NCBI RefSeq assembly: GCF_001447785.1
Contig: NW_015176459.1
Location: forward strand, 210,130 to 274,129
DNA length: 64,000 nt
Direction of reading: 5' to 3'
Source of the DNA: Gekko japonicus
Lineage: Eukaryota
Of this stretch, positions 60,502-64,000 are shown one piece after another (positions within the stretch are counted from its first letter, which is position 1; every line of letters begins with the position of its first letter). The notes beneath the pieces were generated by a model. It was not told the origin of the DNA. It worked only from the letters and a program-made list of their open reading frames with translations, and did no database searches. The translations under genes and the position numbers were made by a program.

Positions 60502-61829
60502 CTGCGGTGTGAGGAGTGAGATTTTCATGGCCCTTTGGAGGGGGATTTGTTGAGAAATAGTGAGCAAAAACATGTCTGGGGACATTAGTCTCCCCTTGAT
60601 GCATCGTACCAGTTGAGCATCATGTATTGGTGATGCCACATAAGATGTGCCATTTTGTGGTTCACTTTACCATGTAACCAGAGTGCTCAAGACTGCCTAA
60701 TTGGGGTGGCAAGTGGCTTTAGTGTTGAAGACCTAGGTTCAGCTCCCGGCATTGCTGTTTAAAAGGCCTCAGGAAGCCAGTGTTCTTTACTTCAAACCTT
60801 GGAGGAGCTCTGCCAATCAGAATAAACAGTGCAAAATTAGATGGACCCATGATCTACCCTGGTACAGGCAAAATCATGCAGTTGCCATCTAAGTACCAAA
60901 GCCATTGGTGCTGGTTCTCCCCATACAGTGCAACACCCTAGGGCCAGGAGAAAAATGTTCTGTTCCTTTGATGGAATCTTAATATGTAGAAATTGACAGC
61001 TGAAGCTTTCCATGATATGGAAGTAAATCACATGGTATTTGCTGCAGATCAGACTGATATTATGGGGGTAGCTAGAGGGACAAGTTAAACTTGCTTTCAC
61101 ATTTAAGATCAGAAAACCAGGGAAATAAACGAGTGGTTATGCCAAGGATAATCACATGATTGGGGGGATACAGATGACCTCTCACTGAGTGGAAAGCTCT
61201 ATGTGTTAAGCATTTAAGCAGCTACCATCAGATTGAGAGGGGTTACATAGAGGATCTCATTCTGCATCTTCCTAAAGGAGCCTGGGCTGGTTAATACAAG
61301 CAGCAAATCAGATAGGAAAACTGTTTGAATTCAGACTGTAGGTAAGGCAATCATATAACCAAATGCTTCTCTGTATCTGTATATCTTCAAAAACTTCCTG
61401 CACATAGTAAAGTTGATATCCATTTCCCTACAATACTCAGTTCCTGTATGCAGTTTTTCCCCCCACAGTGCAGTGGCTAGCATTCATATATTACTCCTAC
61501 CTATTGCCCTAAGTGGTGTTTTCTAAAAAGGAATCTTAGTTCACCCTCCTTTCCTTCTCTGTGTATGAATAAGGATGGTCTTTGCTCTTGGAAAATAGGG
61601 AAAGTTTTCTATTTTGTTGCTTTTTAGGTTTGTGGATTGGTGGGCATCAATGGTTTCAGATTAGTTTTTCACTATGAATTTTGTAGATTCATTTGTATCG
61701 TGTGTACAATTAGTATGCTTTTTAAATATGCCATGATAGCATTTATACAAACAGGCACAGAACTTACATATGTGATTAATAATGCTGATATACAGATGAA
61801 AAAATATTTTTAAATGTAAATTTACAGGT

Positions 61830-61996
61830 TGGATTGCCAACAGCCTGGAAGGAAAAAAATGACTTTTCTCTTTAATAGAGGATCAATGAGTGGAAATCAG
61901 TAGTTGCAGCTTTTCATGGCATGGAAGGAAATAGCCTCATCCCATTAAGTCTCTATTAAAGAGACAGATTTTTTCCCCTCCAGGCTGTTGGCAACA
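61830..61996. mobile_element. Palindromic MITE (TTGCCAACAGCCTGGA arms)
   Basis: ttgccaacagcctgga...tctctttaatagag / ctctattaaagaga...tccaggctgttggcaa. Confidence 0.7.
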
Positions 61997-61998
61997 GG

Positions 61999-62000
<2 letters not shown>

Positions 62001-62047
<47 letters not shown>

Positions 62048-62490
62048 GTGCTGTCAAGTCACAGATAGACTTATGGAGACCCTATAGGGTTTTCAGGGCA
62101 AGTGAATAAGCAGAGGTGGTTTGCCATTGCCTTCCTCTGCAAAGTCTTCCTTGATGGTCTCCCATCCAAGTACTGACCTTGCTTNNNNNNNNNNNNNNNN
62201 NNNNNNNNNNNNNNNNNNNNNNNNNNNNNNNNNNNNNNNNNNNNNNNNNNNNNNNNNNNNNNNNNNNNNNNNNNNNNNNNNNNNNNNNNNNNNNNNNNNN
62301 NNNNNNNNNNGCTTGTAAGTCACAGCTAGACTTATGGAGACCCTATAGGGTTTTCAGGGCAAGTGAATAAGCAGAGGTGGTTTGCCATTGCCTTCCTCTG
62401 CAAAGTCTTCCTTGATGGTCTCCCATCCAAGTACTGACCTTGCTTTGCTCCCAAGATCTGGTGAGATTGGACTATATATACCATTCCACA
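62001..62490 (-). mobile_element. 5S rRNA-derived SINE with (CA)n tail, duplicated across an N gap
   Basis: Reverse complement carries agtacttggatgggagacc (5S box C) and gaggaaggcaatggcaaaccacctctg; 62056-62184 is repeated at 62317-62445. Confidence 0.85.
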
Positions 62491-64000
62491 TCCCCCAACA
62501 GGGAATTTTTAGCACAAGGGTAGTGCCAAAATAAAGCACAGTAGTGCCAAAATAAAGAATCAAGGGTTGCCTTCTCAAAAGGGATGAGAAATTTGACATC
62601 CTCCCTAACTTTCAAAATCATTGATACAGTCATACAGCGTGTCATTGCAAGAACTCACATCAATGCCACAGAAATCAGCGGTGTATGTGTTGTGATCCCG
62701 GAAGATCAGTACTCTCACGCAAAAGCATTCCTTTGGTAAAATCTGTAGTATTTTCCCAACACAAACAATTTTCCATCAAGGTTTGCACTGTTCTCTAAAA
62801 TCTCTGGGTCTTTTGTACAGGACTCTGGAATTCAGTGGATTTGCCCCAGGGATAAATTTAGTCCCTCTGATCTTTTCTTCTCACAGCCAGTTTTCTATTC
62901 AGGCACCCTGAAAGATGCTTATGCAGGTATTAGTGGGGTAATTTCCCCCAGACCCAGTATAGCCATTTATCTGCCTCCTAGAAAATGATTTGAATGGCCC
63001 TGGTTTCCCTAAGCAAGGCACGATTCCCCGGCAAATCTTTCCAGCCTTAGAAGATGCTCAGAACTGTTATAGCATTTTCCTCCTTGCTGTTTCTCAGAGC
63101 TGAGCTGGCTTTACAATAACCAATGGAGAGCATCAAAGGAAATAAGACTCATTTGTCAATCGGTAGCTAAGGAGGGGGAAAAAAGAGGCGGCGGCAGCGC
63201 CCTGTATTTGTGTGGGTGTTCTTGGCCATTTCAGAGTGAGGACGGTATCTAAAAAAAAAATCATAAAAGATTTCCCACAGACTGGGGGCTCTGGAATTGT
63301 TCAGCCCGAATCACTACCCTTGGCAGAAAGAAACAGTGGAAAATTTTCAGCCTGACATTTAGGAGATTGCAGAAAGTATTTAGAGTGTATTTACAAGTTC
63401 ATTTTTGGTGTTTTTTAAAAAAAATCTGCCTTTTTCTTGTTCTAACACCAAACTAGTCAGATTCAACAAAGCATGTTGTCTTCCTCTCTGAGGAGGGGGC
63501 ATCCTGAGCAAACTCTGCTATGGTTCTGTGTACTCTTGGATGACTCAGTTTGTTGGAATAAGACATTTGCAAGGGAGTGTGGCAGGGGGGAAATGTGTTT
63601 AACCTTTGCAAATTATTTTAGGATTCTTAAGCTTGCCAGACGCAGCATGAGCTGCTGCCTTCGGCAGGAACTACATATTATAAAGCCAGCATCTTTTTAA
63701 AAACCTCCATTCCTGATTTTTTTCTTCTTTGCTTCTTTGCAGAATTGCATTGGGAGGCAGTGGTTTGTAGTGGAGAAATGGTGGGCAGGAGACCATGTTT
63801 AACCCTTGCTCACTTCTGTTCCTCTGCAGTTCATACAACTGCTTGCCCCGCCCCCCACAACTGTTGCCCCCAACGTCGGTTCCAGATTTCTATTTCTGTC
63901 ACAGCCTCAGCTTGTCGATTCTAGTGGGGAAAACACGTCTGATGGGAGACAGCAAGCAAGTGAAGGGTTGATACCACCCATTCCTGACTGCTGCAAAATA

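Noticed and set aside
62056-62445. ~129-bp direct repeat around an N gap
   Set aside because: Most likely an unmerged contig overlap (assembly artefact).

Overview
Repeat-rich vertebrate genomic DNA with no recognisable host protein-coding exon, so most likely intronic or intergenic. The transposon complement points to a squamate reptile, probably a gecko (inference from family recognition, not a database match). It includes Sauria SINE, 5S-rRNA-derived SINEs, tRNA-derived SINEs with L2 or CR1 tails, BovB/RTE, CR1, L2, Vingi, Penelope, hAT and Harbinger MITEs, a solo LTR and a Helitron end. There are four N gaps (14731-14761, 44339-44694, 46948-47162, 62185-62310). Every ORF I can recognise is a retrotransposon remnant; the rest look like chance ORFs. 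The most unusual observations are: (1) a CpG-rich chimeric retroposon at ~16.8-17.4 kb with a Sauria/BovB-like core and an L2-type tail, partly caught in a 585-bp tandem duplication; (2) two insertions flanked by very long direct repeats (187 bp and ~95 bp), one giving a filled/empty BovB site pair 900 bp apart; (3) Penelope termini carrying minimal hammerhead-ribozyme cores at different stages of decay; (4) a 1.25-kb hAT element forming a CpG island; (5) several repeat-free, motif-rich blocks that may be enhancers. I cannot demonstrate a new biological system from sequence alone. Family names are from pattern recognition and need a Dfam/Repbase search.
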